Of a stretch of 64,000 bases of DNA, positions 22,111-33,975 are shown in pieces. Both the position numbers and the translations under genes were made by a program. The DNA lies in the NCBI GenBank assembly GCA_963823665.1, contig CAWGMQ010000010.1, forward strand, positions 480,001 to 544,000, in the 5' to 3' direction. Numbering within the stretch: position 1 is the stretch's first letter; every line of letters starts with the position of its first letter. The stretch comes from an uncultured Planctomycetota bacterium (GTDB taxonomy: Bacteria > Planctomycetota > Planctomycetia > Isosphaerales > Isosphaeraceae). Below the pieces are notes generated by a model. That model made no database searches, had not been told where the DNA came from, and saw nothing but the letters and a program-made list of their open reading frames with translations.

Positions 22111-24731
22111 GTGTACCTCGCGACGGGAATGCATCCTACAATCGAGCAGCTCGAGGCGTTCGACCGAGGCGACATCGCGGAGGCCGATGCGTCTACGATC
22201 GAGGATCACCTCGTCGCCTGCCCCGAGTGTTCGGCACGCTTGAGCTCGGCCTCGACCCCGGATCAGCTCGTGCGCTTGGTGCGTGCCGCGGCGCGCGGGC
22301 ATCGTTCGGTGGTCCCTCCCACGTTTTCAGCAGACATTCCCAGTCGGTACGAAATACTCGAGCCACTCGGGCGAGGTGGAATGGGAGTCGTCTTCAAGGC
22401 CCGCCAGCGCGCGCTGGGACGGCTCGTCGCGCTCAAACAGATTCGCTCCGGACTCAATGCCGATCCGAAGGAGCTGACGCGGTTCCAGATCGAGGCCGAA
22501 GCGGTCGCGCGTCTATCTCATCCGAACATCGTGCGGGTCTTCGATGTCGGGGTGCAGGACGGCTTGCCGTATATCGCCATGGAACTGGTGGAAGGGCCCA
22601 GTCTCGACGATCGACTCAAGGATGGTCCCCTGCGCCCCGCCGAGGCCGCTGCACTCCTCGGCAAACTTGCCCGCGCATTGCACCATGCCCACGAGCACGG
22701 CGTTGTACACCGAGACTTGAAGCCCGCGAACATCCTGCTTGCACCGGAGTTGACCCCGCGCATCGTCGATTTCGGACTCGTCAAGTTCGAGGGCGCCACC
22801 GCGCTCACGCAATCGGGCGCACTTCTCGGCACACCACGCTACATGGCGCCAGAGCAGACCAGCGGTGGGCCCGCGGGGTGTGCAGTCGATATCTATGCTA
22901 TGGGCGTCGTCCTCTATGAGTGCCTGACGGGGCGTCCGCCATTTCAAGCCGACACTCCGCTCGAGTTGATCGATCAGGTTCGAAACCGCGACCCCATGCC
23001 CCCCGCCAAGATTCAGCCCGGCGTGCCGCGCGATCTTCAGACGATCTGCATGAAGTGCCTGGAGAAAGAGCCCGGCCGCCGCTTTTCATCCGCCGCAGCC
23101 CTCGCCGATGAGCTCGAGCGATTCCTGCGCGGCGAGCCCATACGCGCGCGCCGCCCGCGCGCCGTCGCGCGCCTTTTGAAATGGGTCAAACGCCGCCCAC
23201 ACCAGGCTGCTCTCGCTGGGATCGCCACCATTGCAGTCATCGGTGCGTTCGCCGGACTCATGGTCCATCAAGACCGCTTGAAATTGGAAATCGACCGCAC
23301 CGCGCGAGCCGCGCGAGAGGCTCGCACCCAGAGATTACTCGCCGACGCCAATTACAAAGGTGCCGCGCGACGATCGGAGCAATGCTCGACTGCTTTAACG
23401 ATCCGGCGTTCGCGACCGTTCGGCGACGAGGCGAGCTCCAGCGCGCCCAGGCCGAGAAGGCACTCGGGTTTTATGAGCGCTTGCTCGCCGCCACCGACAT
23501 CTCCGACCCCGTCGTCCAGCTCGACACCGCACGCGCCGCACGCGAGGCTGCCACGATTCAGTATGCCACCAGCCGGTTTGACGAATCGATCGCGACAATC
23601 GAGCAATCGATGCGCTTGATCGATGAAGTCATGGCCAAGCTGCCGGGCGATCCCGAGGTGCGACGGGAGCAAGTACTCTCACGCACCAAACTGGCTCTAT
23701 TCGTGTACGAGTCGCGCAAGGACGCGGCGCGGGCACTCTCCGAGTTCACTCGCGCGATTGCCGACGCCGAGCGCTTGGTTCACGAACATCCCGAATCGGT
23801 CGACGCTCGATCTGATCTGGCCTGGTGCCTTCACAACCAGGGCAGCGTGTTGATCGAGATCGGCCGTAACGAAGTCGCTCTCGCCGCCCACGAACGGGCC
23901 ATCGAAATCAACCGGGCGCTCTGCGCCGAACGCCCGGACGACATGGCGCGCCGCGCGGCTCTTGCCGAGAACCTCAACAACTTCGGCCTCCTGGTGATGC
24001 ACAGAGAGCCCAGCCGGGCCGCGAAGGCCTATGATGAGGCCGCCACGATTCTCGAAGACTTGATGCGGCACGGAACGAACCGGCGCTGGGTGTCGTCACT
24101 GAGCGCGCTCCGAAACAATCAGGGCAATCTCGTCCGCAAACTGGGCCAATCGGAAAAAGCGTATCGCTACTTCGAGCAGGGCCTGGCCCTCATCGATGAC
24201 GCACTCCAGCGCGAGCCAAACGAAAGCGTGCTGCGATACGACGCCCTCAACCTCCACGGCTCGCGTGCCAATCTGCACGCGTCGCTCGGCCGCCACTCCG
24301 AGGCCGTCGCGGATTGGGACAAGGTCATTGAGCTGAACGACGACCCGGTCAATCGAATCAGTTGTCGACTCATGCGCATCCTCGAGCTCGTCCGGACGAA
24401 AGACTACGCTCGAGGAGTCGCCGAAGCCCTCGCCGTGTCTCAACAGCAATCCGATTCGCGCACGCTCGCCGGCGCAGATCTTTACAATTACGGGTGCATC
24501 TTCGCGCTGGCGTCCGTTGCTGCAAGCGCCGACAATCGTCTCGATCACGCTGAGCGCCGTCCCCTGGCTCAGTCTTATGCCAACACCTCGCTCCAGTGGC
24601 TCAAGCGCACCGCCAGCGCCGGCTTTTTCCGCATTCCCAGCAACCGCGAGCACGCCGTCCAGGACACCGATCTCGCGGCCGTGCGCAGTCGGCCAGAGTT
24701 TGCGAAGTTGCTGTACGGCGACATCCCATGA
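22111..24731 (+). CDS. Ser/Thr protein kinase with N-terminal HxxxCxxC zinc motif, TM segment and TPR-like repeats, frameshift near 23360
   Basis: HLVACPEC, LGRGGMGVV, VALK, HRDLKPAN, DFG, GTPRYMAPE. Helical repeats and YNYGCIFAL in the 23181-24731 frame. Confidence 0.9.
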
Positions 24732-24801
24732 TCGTGCCCCCAAGGCCCCCGGCGTGTCGTTGATCTACCGCAGCGCATCTCTGGTACTTACAATCGTCTT
24801 C

Positions 24802-26670
24802 ATGAAAACGTTGAAGAAAAGCCGGAAGGCTCCCCTGCGCGGTCTGATCCTGACGGCCGCGTTGGCGCTCGCTGCGACAAGCGCGTTCGTCCCTTTCGCC
24901 GATGCCTCGACAGCCGCCGACGAGACCCTCGAGCTTCCCGACGGCCGCCGCGTGCGCGGGCGGCTCGATGGTTCGCTGGCATCGGGATTCTCCTTTGTCC
25001 CGGCCGACGGTTCTAGCGCGCTGGCGATCGCGGCCGGGTCGACCATCACCTGCGACTCCCGCGTCTCCCAGTCGCCCGGCAGTCCGCCGCTTTTCCGGGT
25101 CCTTTCGGGCGAAGCCCTTCGCCTCTCGGGCTCTCTGCGAGCCCTCACCAAGACGAACGTGCTCCTCGATGTAGGCTGGCAGACGCCGCAGATCGCGCTA
25201 TCCCGGCCAGGAGTGCAGGCTGTCGTGCAACGCCCGGGATTGGCGCGCGTGCTCGTCGACAACTTCGAGTCGCTTGAGTCCTCACACTGGAAGAGAAGCG
25301 GGAATGTATCGCTGGTCGCAGAGCCGCACGTGAGCGAGCGAAAGAGCTTGCGGATACCCTCGGGCGGGGCCTCCATCGCTCGCACGTTGGACGAGCCGCT
25401 CGCTGCCGGTCGACTCGAGCTGGCCTACCACGACGACGGGTTGGTCGCGCCGGGTCTGAGATGGTCGATCGATCTCGCGTTCAAGGGACCGAACGACACT
25501 TCGGTCCTCCGGGTCATTCCCGGCTGGGCGGACGAGAGTTTGGCGGTCGAAATGCCTGGCTTTCCAGCGCTTGCGGTGCAGCCGCTGACACGTACGCCGG
25601 GCTGGCATCGGTTCGTGCTTCGCTTCAACCCCGAGAATACCGAGATCTCTGTTGACGGTAAAGACCTGGCACACGGCAAGACTCCCGCAGGCCCGCTCAT
25701 CTCAATCGCTATTGCCAGTGCCTCGACCGCGGCACCCGCAAGGGCGCCGGAAACTCCGAAGACCCCCGTGTGCTTCATCGACGACCTGCAGTTGACTCGC
25801 TTCGCCGAGCCTTCCGCGAATGTCGAGCTGGATGTCAGCCAGGACGAAGGCCGGCTTGTCGTGGGTGACCAGCTCTTCGGTGAAGTCCAGAAGGCAGATA
25901 GCGAACAAATGCTGATGGCCGTTGAGGGAAAGACGATCTCACTACCCTGGGGGCAGATATCCGGTCTTTACTTTCGGCGCGTCTCTGCTGCGGGTACGCC
26001 GGTTCAGGGATTGCTCGCGCGCGTGCAATGGCAATCGGCCGCGGGTCACGATCCCGCCAATCTCGATTTCGCCGAGGGCGCGATCACCTCGGCGAGCGAC
26101 CGAGTCATGACGGTCGCGACTCCCTATTCGGGATTCCTCTCCATCCCGCGCGAGTTGATTCAAACGATCCGGATTCGCGGCTTCGGACGTTGGTATTTAA
26201 TTGACGCAACAGCGCACCATCTGGGCGACGAGGTCTCGATCACCGCGCCTGTCCTGGATCCGCCCGAACCGGAAGGGGCCGTGCTCGAGCGCAAAATCGA
26301 TCTCGCGGAAACGACCGCCGGTTCCTGGTTCCTGATCCTCGACGTTGTGCAGGTCGTTGGTGAAGATGGTGACCCGCTTTACTCGGAGCGCGTGAAGAAT
26401 GGCGAGTTCCGTACCTACGCGCTGGTCAACGGCCGGCGGATCGACTACGTGAACCGCCACATCAAGACCGACAACGCCACGCCCGAGCGCGTCAGGATGG
26501 CCATACCCCCCGGCCTTCTGCACTCAGGCACCAACACGATCCGTCTCGAACTGACCGGCGCGGCCGACAAGAATGCCCAGCTCGACGACCTGGGTGTATT
26601 GCAAATAGCCCTCGAGCAGGCAGACAAGGGAAATCCCGGCCGCAGTGGAACACCCGCCGCCCGCCCTTGA
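24802..26670 (+). CDS. Secreted beta-rich hypothetical protein
   Basis: Signal peptide MKTLKKSRKAPLRGLILTAALALAA and a long ORF. Confidence 0.75.
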   Translation: MKTLKKSRKAPLRGLILTAALALAATSAFVPFADASTAADETLELPDGRRVRGRLDGSLASGFSFVPADGSSALAIAAGSTITCDSRVSQSPGSPPLFRVLSGEALRLSGSLRALTKTNVLLDVGWQTPQIALSRPGVQAVVQRPGLARVLVDNFESLESSHWKRSGNVSLVAEPHVSERKSLRIPSGGASIARTLDEPLAAGRLELAYHDDGLVAPGLRWSIDLAFKGPNDTSVLRVIPGWADESLAVEMPGFPALAVQPLTRTPGWHRFVLRFNPENTEISVDGKDLAHGKTPAGPLISIAIASASTAAPARAPETPKTPVCFIDDLQLTRFAEPSANVELDVSQDEGRLVVGDQLFGEVQKADSEQMLMAVEGKTISLPWGQISGLYFRRVSAAGTPVQGLLARVQWQSAAGHDPANLDFAEGAITSASDRVMTVATPYSGFLSIPRELIQTIRIRGFGRWYLIDATAHHLGDEVSITAPVLDPPEPEGAVLERKIDLAETTAGSWFLILDVVQVVGEDGDPLYSERVKNGEFRTYALVNGRRIDYVNRHIKTDNATPERVRMAIPPGLLHSGTNTIRLELTGAADKNAQLDDLGVLQIALEQADKGNPGRSGTPAARP

Positions 26671-27083
26671 GCGCAACGCACCCAATGTACTTCGCTCACG
26701 GACCCGCAGCCCCGACACTCCTGTCGGCCAGGCTGGCGGTGCGGCCCAGCATGGACAAACCTGCTCCGCCTGCCGGCCTCGCATCACGGGCATTTCTGTA
26801 CATTGGCCAATCTGCCCTCGACCGCGCCGGCGAGAGGAAAGCGTCGCGGCGACGACGCGGAGCCATTCGTCCTCGCGAGCTTTCCTCGCACGCAAAAGTT
26901 AACGATCACGCCCCTATCAGAAATTCCCGACACGGGTTGACGCACCAAGGACGTACCGACGTTGAGGCATTGAGCCGCGACGTCGAGCGTTTACGTTGTA
27001 AAATCCAATCCCGATACACATTTAGGGCGTGACGAGGCTTGACAAGAACGATTGCTTTGACAAACCCGCGACCTTACGATTTC

Positions 27084-27133
27084 AGCTCCCGGAGGGGGGC
27101 GAGAGCACGTAGCCAGGGAGCGTCAGCCCCTGG
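27084..27133 (+). repeat. REP-like palindromic element
   Basis: GCTCCCGGAGGGGGGC hairpin and GTAGCCAGGGAGCGTCAGCCCCTGG hairpin between convergent genes. Only one copy in the window. Confidence 0.45.
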
Positions 27134-27192
27134 CACGTGACGAGAACGCGTCGACCAAGACCCGTCTCGCCGTGAATCGCGGCGGTGTTGGC

Positions 27193-27720
27193 CTACTTCG
27201 ACTCGGCCGGCGCGACCTTCTTCTGATACTCTTTCCTGATCTCGGAAATCGCTTTTGCGAGCGATTCGCCGTCTCCCACATCCGCTTTCTTGGCCTTTTC
27301 AATCATTTTGCCCCAGCGGGTCAGATCGGAAGTGCCAATCTTGCAGACGCTTGAGTCCTTCGCCCATTCCTTACAGAGATCTTTGCCGAATGCTTTGATC
27401 TCTTTCACCAGTTTCTTCCGCTCAGGGCCCGGCTTCACACCTTCGACCAGTTCCTTCGCCCGACCCGTCCAGCCTGAAACGAAAAACGACCCTTCGTGGA
27501 ACGACTTGACCCAGCTCCAATACTGGTCCCAGGACTGCTTCTTCTGGTTGGCAGCGTCCCGGTCGTATTCTTCGCGGTACTCCTTCTGTGAGGGCCCGCT
27601 GAACTCGCTCGCTGGATACGGATCCTCTTCACTGCACCACCCCACCGCCGGACCATGCAATATCGAGGTCACGCTGAGCGAAACAACAAGGGCGGTCGCT
27701 AATCTCGTAGATGATCGCAT
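27193..27720 (-). CDS. Secreted hypothetical protein
   Basis: GGAG RBS, signal peptide, charged helical 175-aa product. Confidence 0.7.
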   Translation of the reverse strand: MRSSTRLATALVVSLSVTSILHGPAVGWCSEEDPYPASEFSGPSQKEYREEYDRDAANQKKQSWDQYWSWVKSFHEGSFFVSGWTGRAKELVEGVKPGPERKKLVKEIKAFGKDLCKEWAKDSSVCKIGTSDLTRWGKMIEKAKKADVGDGESLAKAISEIRKEYQKKVAPAESK

Positions 27721-28131
27721 GCAGGCATTCTCTCCAGACGCCGATCAATGATCGTCCTAAAGGTAACCAAAGGATACTACAAAGTCGAGCGAAAAGTTCG
27801 TATCCTGGGGCTCTGCTGAACGTTCCCAGTCAGGGGCAATTGGGTAAACCCTCGCGGTGGCCGAGTCGGAACCGGCCCACGCGCGCGCTAACTACCCACG
27901 CGATTTGATTCGGCATTCGCGCGGCCCGCGCTTGCGCCCACGCTGACGCAAGCCCGAGCGATTGTTGAGTTGAATGGGAAATTCGCTACCATCGGGCGCG
28001 CCGACGGTCGTTTCTCCTGCTCGCGCACGGCGCGGGAGCGCTTTCGCCGGGGCGCTGCGCCGTCAGGATCGCGCGCACAGGCGCTGATCTTGTCAGACAA
28101 TCCGCGCCCTGCTGGGGGGGCGAAGATCGTC

Positions 28132-29763
28132 TCATTGACCCTTGTTGAGCTGGTCATAATACGCGCGGACGTGCTTCTCAAGCCGGCGGGGAATTTTCTG
28201 GTTGGAGAGCGCTTCGGCGTTCAAGCCGGCGGCGGCTTCCATTTCTTCCTGCATCTGGATGACGACGTCGCCTTTGACCGTGTTCGTTGGGGTCGTGAGC
28301 CCCTGGAAGACGGCCTTTCCCTTCTTGAGCTGCTGTTTGACCTTGCTGGTGTATGTAGCGGTTTCATCCGGCGCGATAGGGCGATCACCCTGTCCGCGGC
28401 CGCGGCCCAGGCCGTTTCCCATGCCTTTCCGCTGGCTGTTTCCCATTCCGAAGCTGTTGGAGTCGTCGCCGAGCTGGTTCGATGCCATCGCCCTGCATGC
28501 CGTTCTTGGCGTCCTGAAGCTCGGCCATCGCGCCATCCAGCGATTCCAGCTCCTCGAGCTGCTTGGCCATCTGTTGCATTTGCTGCTCGGTCATGCCCAG
28601 TGACTCGGCCGCTTTCTTGGCGTCGCCGGCCTGGAGGGCTTTCTGAGCGTCACCCAGCTTGCTCGCGAGTTGTTGTATCTGCTTGAGTTGCTTGGACTTG
28701 CTCCTCCAGCTTTTCCATCTCTTTTGCGAACTGCTTCTCGCTCAGACCGCCATTCTTGCGGGCTTCTTCGAGCTGCTTTTTTCGTTGGTCGAGGTTGGCG
28801 AGGTCCGAGAGTTTCTTGGCCATCTCGCCGAGCTGTTCCTTGAGTGCCTTCTTCTCGGCCTCACTCATCTTCCCGGACGCCAGTTTTTCTTGAAGCTCTT
28901 TGAGCTGATCGGCCGCTTTCTTGAAATCACCCTTGGCGAGGTCTTTGACAAGCTGATCGGCCGGTCCCTGGCTGCCCATCTCCTTGAGCTGCTTGAGCTG
29001 TCGCTTGACTTGTTCAGGCGAGCCGAGCTGCTTCTGGCGGTCCTTGAGCGCGTCCGTGAGCGCATTGAGCTCCACCATCATCTTGTCCTTGCTCGACGGT
29101 GGGGCCTTTGCGAGGTCTTCGCTCTTTTTCTCGATCTGAGCCAGGAGCTTGTCAGCCTCGGGGAACTTTTCCTTGTCAATCGACTGCCGCTGGCTGGCGA
29201 TTTTCTTGGTAAAAACAGCGGCCTTCTCTTTGAAGACCTTGGTGTCGACCAGAGCGGCGGCTCGCGCCTGCGCAATGCGGGGTACAAGCGTCGGCGCGAA
29301 GAGCAGAACCATGCAAATCGTTGCCGGGATCAAAACCACCCACGCACGCCGCGGGATCCGCGGGCCGAATTCCGCGGCGACATCCAGATCGGCGATCTTG
29401 CGGATTGCGTCAGCCAGAAGCGCTTCTCCCGCAGGCGTCTTACGCAAGTTCTCGGGCAGCGACAGCGCGGTGCTGACCCGTTCGTTCAGGTGGAACACCC
29501 GGTCCAGTGCGATGGCCGCGTCCAGCCGGCTTGGGCCGGTGAGTAAGCGAGAACACCCCCGCCGCCAGCAGGCCCACTCCCGCGGCTACGGCGAACGGAG
29601 CCCACTCCGCCCCCGGCAGCGAGCGATTCAACAGCTTCTCCGCCGCAATCACGCCGGCGACAACCGCCAGAGCCAGCGCCGTTGACCACACAAGCGCCGA
29701 CAAAAAGCGCTGATATCGCAACCGCCTGAATACCCGAGCGACCGGCTTCTCAAGCTCGCGCAT
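28132..29763 (-). CDS. Membrane-anchored coiled-coil protein, frameshifted
   Basis: N-terminal TMs, FHLNERVSTAL, long Q/E/K coiled coil, GLGRGRGQGDRP, IPRRLEKHVRAYY. Confidence 0.78.
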
Positions 29764-29993
29764 CTGGGAGCTCCCTTCTGGACTGCCTTTCGGAGACCGC
29801 GGATGACTCTCCGACGAACGTCATACTGTCACACAGTGTACTTCCTTGATTCGCTCTTAGCAAGCATTCATTCCGAAGGATTTCGGAAAGCAATTCGATC
29901 GATTTTCAGATTTCTTCGATTTCTCGCGGATTGGATCCAGCGTACGATGCAGTAATTTGGGTGATCGAGCACAAATAGAGGACTGGTTTAAGC

Positions 29994-31859
29994 ATGTCCA
30001 GCACGCAGACCGTGGGACCGTCTTGCAGCGTCTCGACCGCCTCTTCAGCGACGGGACGCTCGCCGGGCTCGGCGACGGAGAGCTCCTCGAGCGCTTCCGC
30101 ACCCGCCGGGATGAGGCGGCCTTCGAGGCGCTGGTCGAAATGCACGGGCCGATGGTGCTGGGCCTTTGCCGCAGGTTTCTCCGCGACCCACGCGACGTCG
30201 AGGACGCCTTCCAGGCGACTTTTCTCGTCTTGGTGCGGAAAGCGCCGGAAATCCGCAACGGATGTCTTCTGTCGAGCTGGCTCTACGGTGTCGCCCTTCG
30301 GGTGGCAACGCGAGCTCGGGCGAACCTGCTCCGCCGGCGCGGCCGGGAGCATTCCCTCGGCGACGGCCGAATTCGCCTCCACGCCTGACAGTCATGACAT
30401 GCTTGGACTCGGCCCGGTCCTCGATCAAGAACTGAGCCGGTTGCCGGCGAAGTATCGTGCACCGCTCGTGCTCTGCTACTTGCGAGGGCGTACTCACGAC
30501 CAGGCCGCCAGCGAGCTGTGCTGTCCGGTTGGGACGGTCCGAAGCCGGATGGCCCGCGGACGCGACTTGCTCAAGCGGCGGCTCACAGGGCGCGGCTGTG
30601 CACCAAATGCAGCGTTGTTCGGCCTCGGGTTGGACGAGCCGTCGCGTCTGCTCACGGCAGCCCTTCCCGAGCGGCTCGTTGCCGTGACGGTCGACGCCGC
30701 AATCGGCACCGGCTCGACACACACGATAGAAGCCGGCGCGGCACTCGCCCCGGCTTTGGCTTTGACCCAAGGAGTTGTCACTTCCATGAAATTCGCACAG
30801 TTAAAGTGGATCGGTCTGCTGCATGCTTGGCGACCGGTCTTTCGGCCGGCGGGGCCGCTGTGGTCGCAGCCGTCTCGGCCCAGAGTTCCGGCACGTCGTC
30901 ATCGCGAGTCACGGCCGCTGCAGCCGTCGAAGCCCCCGCAGGAAGCCTCGGCCGGCACCCCCAGTACGAGCACCTCCACCGCAGCCTCGGGATCCTCGAA
31001 AACAACAGAACAGCGCTTGCTCGCTCTCGAGCAGCAGATCGACCGGATCTATCGTTTGAACGGCATCACCCGCGATACGGGTGGCCCGGGAATTTCGAGC
31101 GATGCGCCGACGTTGGACCGGGTCGAGGCCAAGCTGCTGTTCCTGATAAGCAAACACGATGATGAACAGCCGACGGGCACGGGCACGGCCAGCGGCACGC
31201 AGCACGTCCCAAGCCCCGACGACTCCCAGCGCAGGGACGATTGCGACAACGTCGAGCGGCGTGACGACTGGAACACGACCCGCGACCAGGACGAACACCA
31301 CCAGTACCGGTGGCACGGCAACTTCCACGTCCGTCCCTTCAACACGCAATTTCGAGGAGCGTTCCATTCCCGAGCGACAGGGTTCGAGCACCCGGATTCG
31401 CGAGCTCGAGTCTCAGCTCAAGCAGGCAGTGATCGAAACCGGACGTGTCGCGGAGCTTCATCGTAAAAACGCGGTCAGCCAGCACGAAGTGCAGAATAGT
31501 CAGGCCACGGATCGACCTGACACTCGCCACGCTCCGGGGAATGGACGACGACTTCGCCGATGAGCTCGAAGAGGCCAAGCTGAGCGTGAAGCGAAAGAAG
31601 GCCGAGGTCGATCAGGCGTTCGCGCAGGTCGAAGGCTCCAAGGTCCTTGTCGCACGCAATCGCGCGTCTGAACCAGCGTCAACCTGGAATGGTCTCCGAG
31701 GAGGATGTCGCTCGAGCCGAAAGCGACCTGAGTTCCAGCCAGCGCACGCACCGCGTCAAGGAGGTCGAGCTCGAGGAAGCCGAGCTCCAATGTCGAAAGC
31801 TCGAGCGCTTCCGCACACGCATCAAGGAGGTGCTGGACTCGCACACAAACGTCCAGTGA
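29994..31859 (+). CDS. ECF sigma factor with long C-terminal extension, several frameshifts
   Basis: [64 protein letters not shown], then TM and coiled-coil tail. Confidence 0.85.
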
Positions 31860-31862
31860 CCC

Positions 31863-33080
31863 TCACACCTTGACCGCCGTCGATTCCCCATACACCTCCG
31901 CCGCCGCGCTCACGGCCGTGCCGGGTGAAACGCGCATGGCCGAGATCGCGGAGGCAGGTTTCCAGCGCCGAGAGCATAAGCGTCACGTTCTCCCGGCGCG
32001 AGCCATGTCCCATCAAGCCAATCCGCCACGCTTTCCCCTTGAACGGCCCGAGCCCGCCGCCGATTTCGATGCCCCACTCCTTGAGCAGCCGCTTCCGCAC
32101 CGGTCAGGTCGTCGATGCCGTCAGGAATCTTGACGCAGGCCAACTGCGGCAAGACATGGCCCGCCGCGGTTGCCAGGCTCAGGTCCATCGCGGCAACCCC
32201 CGCCTGAAGCGCCCGGCCGTTCAGCACGTGCCGGGCGATTCGGGCTTCGAGGCCTTCGGCCGCGACCAGCGCCAGCGCTTCCCGCAGCGCATAGTTCATG
32301 CTGATCGGCGCGGTGTGGTGGTAAAACCGATCGCGTTCCCCAGTAATTCTGAAGCACGCTGAGGTCGAAATACCAGCTCTGCACTTTCGTCTTTCGCTTG
32401 CTCAGGGCTTCGACCGCCCGCGGACCAAGCGTCACCGGCGCCAGCCCCGGCGGTGCGCCCAGGCACTTCTGGCTTCCGGAGTAGATCGCGTCGATTTCCC
32501 AGCGGTCGGTTTCGACGAGGAAGGCCGCCCAGCGACGTGACGCAGTCGAGCGCCAGCAAAGCCCCGGCGTCGTGAGCAATCCTCGCGATGTCCTCGACCG
32601 GCTGCCACGCGCCCGTCGAAGTCTCGGCATGGACCAACCCGACGACCTTGGGCCCCGTGCGCGCAATCGCGGCCTTGACCTCATCTGGATCAAACACCTC
32701 GCCGAATGGCCGTTCGATCGTCGTGACCACCGCTCCCGCCCGTTCGGCCACCTCCTTCATCCGGGCACCGAAGATAGCCGCATGACGCAGACCAGCATCT
32801 TCTCCCCGGGCTCGATCAAATTGACAACCACGGCTTCCATGCCCGCCGAGCCGGTTCCCGAAATCGCCAGAGTGAGAGGATTCGTCGTCTGGAAAGCGTA
32901 GCGGAGCAGCCCCTGAGTCTCGTCCATGATCGCAGCAAATTCAGGGTCCAGGTGTCCCAAAAGCGGTTGATTCATCGCCTCGAGAACCCGCGGCGGAACC
33001 TCGCTAGGTCCCGGCCCCAGCAGCACGCGTTTCGAAACCTTCAAAGGCCCAGGAGCAGCAGGTTTTGGTATAGTCGGCAT
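31863..33080 (-). CDS. Alanine-glyoxylate / class V PLP aminotransferase, frameshifted
   Basis: [50 protein letters not shown]. Confidence 0.9.
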
Positions 33081-33131
33081 GATTCTCCATCTGACGCGTC
33101 GGTCGAGCCGCAATCGACAACGAACCTAACG

Positions 33132-33690
33132 CTACACTGCTTTCTTGCATGATCTCGCTGATCGCCTTGAACTCGGGCCGATCCGCAGTTTCGGTCCATT
33201 CGAACAGCACGGCCTCGGTGGTCGAAACGACGGCGCCGGCCCGTTCCAGCCGTCGCAGAGCAAATTCCCAGTCGATCTCGTGCCGCGACGCGACGGCATC
33301 AGCAGGAACCTGCACCGCAAAACCCAGGTCGAGCAGTTCGAGCGCGGTCTGCGCGACGCACACGTGCGCTTCGATTCCCACGATCGTGACATGCCGGACA
33401 TGTCGGCCGTAGAGCTGCTCCAAGAGCGCGGCGACTGCACAGCAATGAAACGTCGTCTTGGCCGGCCGCTCCGGAATCAGTTCGGCAATGGCGGCCGTGG
33501 TCGGTCCCAGCCCGCGCGGGTACTGCTCGGTCGCCCAGATGGGAAGGCCCAGGACCTTCGCGCCCCGGATGAGCGCGACCGAATTCGTTACGGCCTTCTC
33601 GTGGTCCGGAATCAGATTCAGAAGCTTGTCCTGCATGTCGACGGCAAGGAGTGCGGCGTGTCGGCCTGTCAGTCGTTGGGTCTTTCGCAT
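33132..33690 (-). CDS. Isochorismatase-family hydrolase
   Basis: VDMQDKL, TEQYPRGLGPT, GIEAHVCVAQT, TTEAVLFEW. The 3' end is uncertain because of a probable frameshift. Confidence 0.88.
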
Positions 33691-33975
33691 ATTCGCTCCT
33701 TCGCAACAGGCCCCGCGTGATTGGATCGGTTCGGGACGCCGCCGATCCGGAAAGAATCGTCTTCCCTTGAAGCGATGCTAAGGCGGCATTCACGGCCCTG
33801 TCAAGAATTGCGCCGTGGGTCGCCCGTGCCTCGCGCACGCAGGCGCGTCTTGCTGCGCAGTCGCGATCAAGTTACGATCGCATTCAAGCGGTGCACATGG
33901 TTTGTTTGTGCGGTTTGGTGTTTACGGCTCATCGATGAGTACTGGGCCGGATCGTTCACGCCGGGGAAAAGCGGT

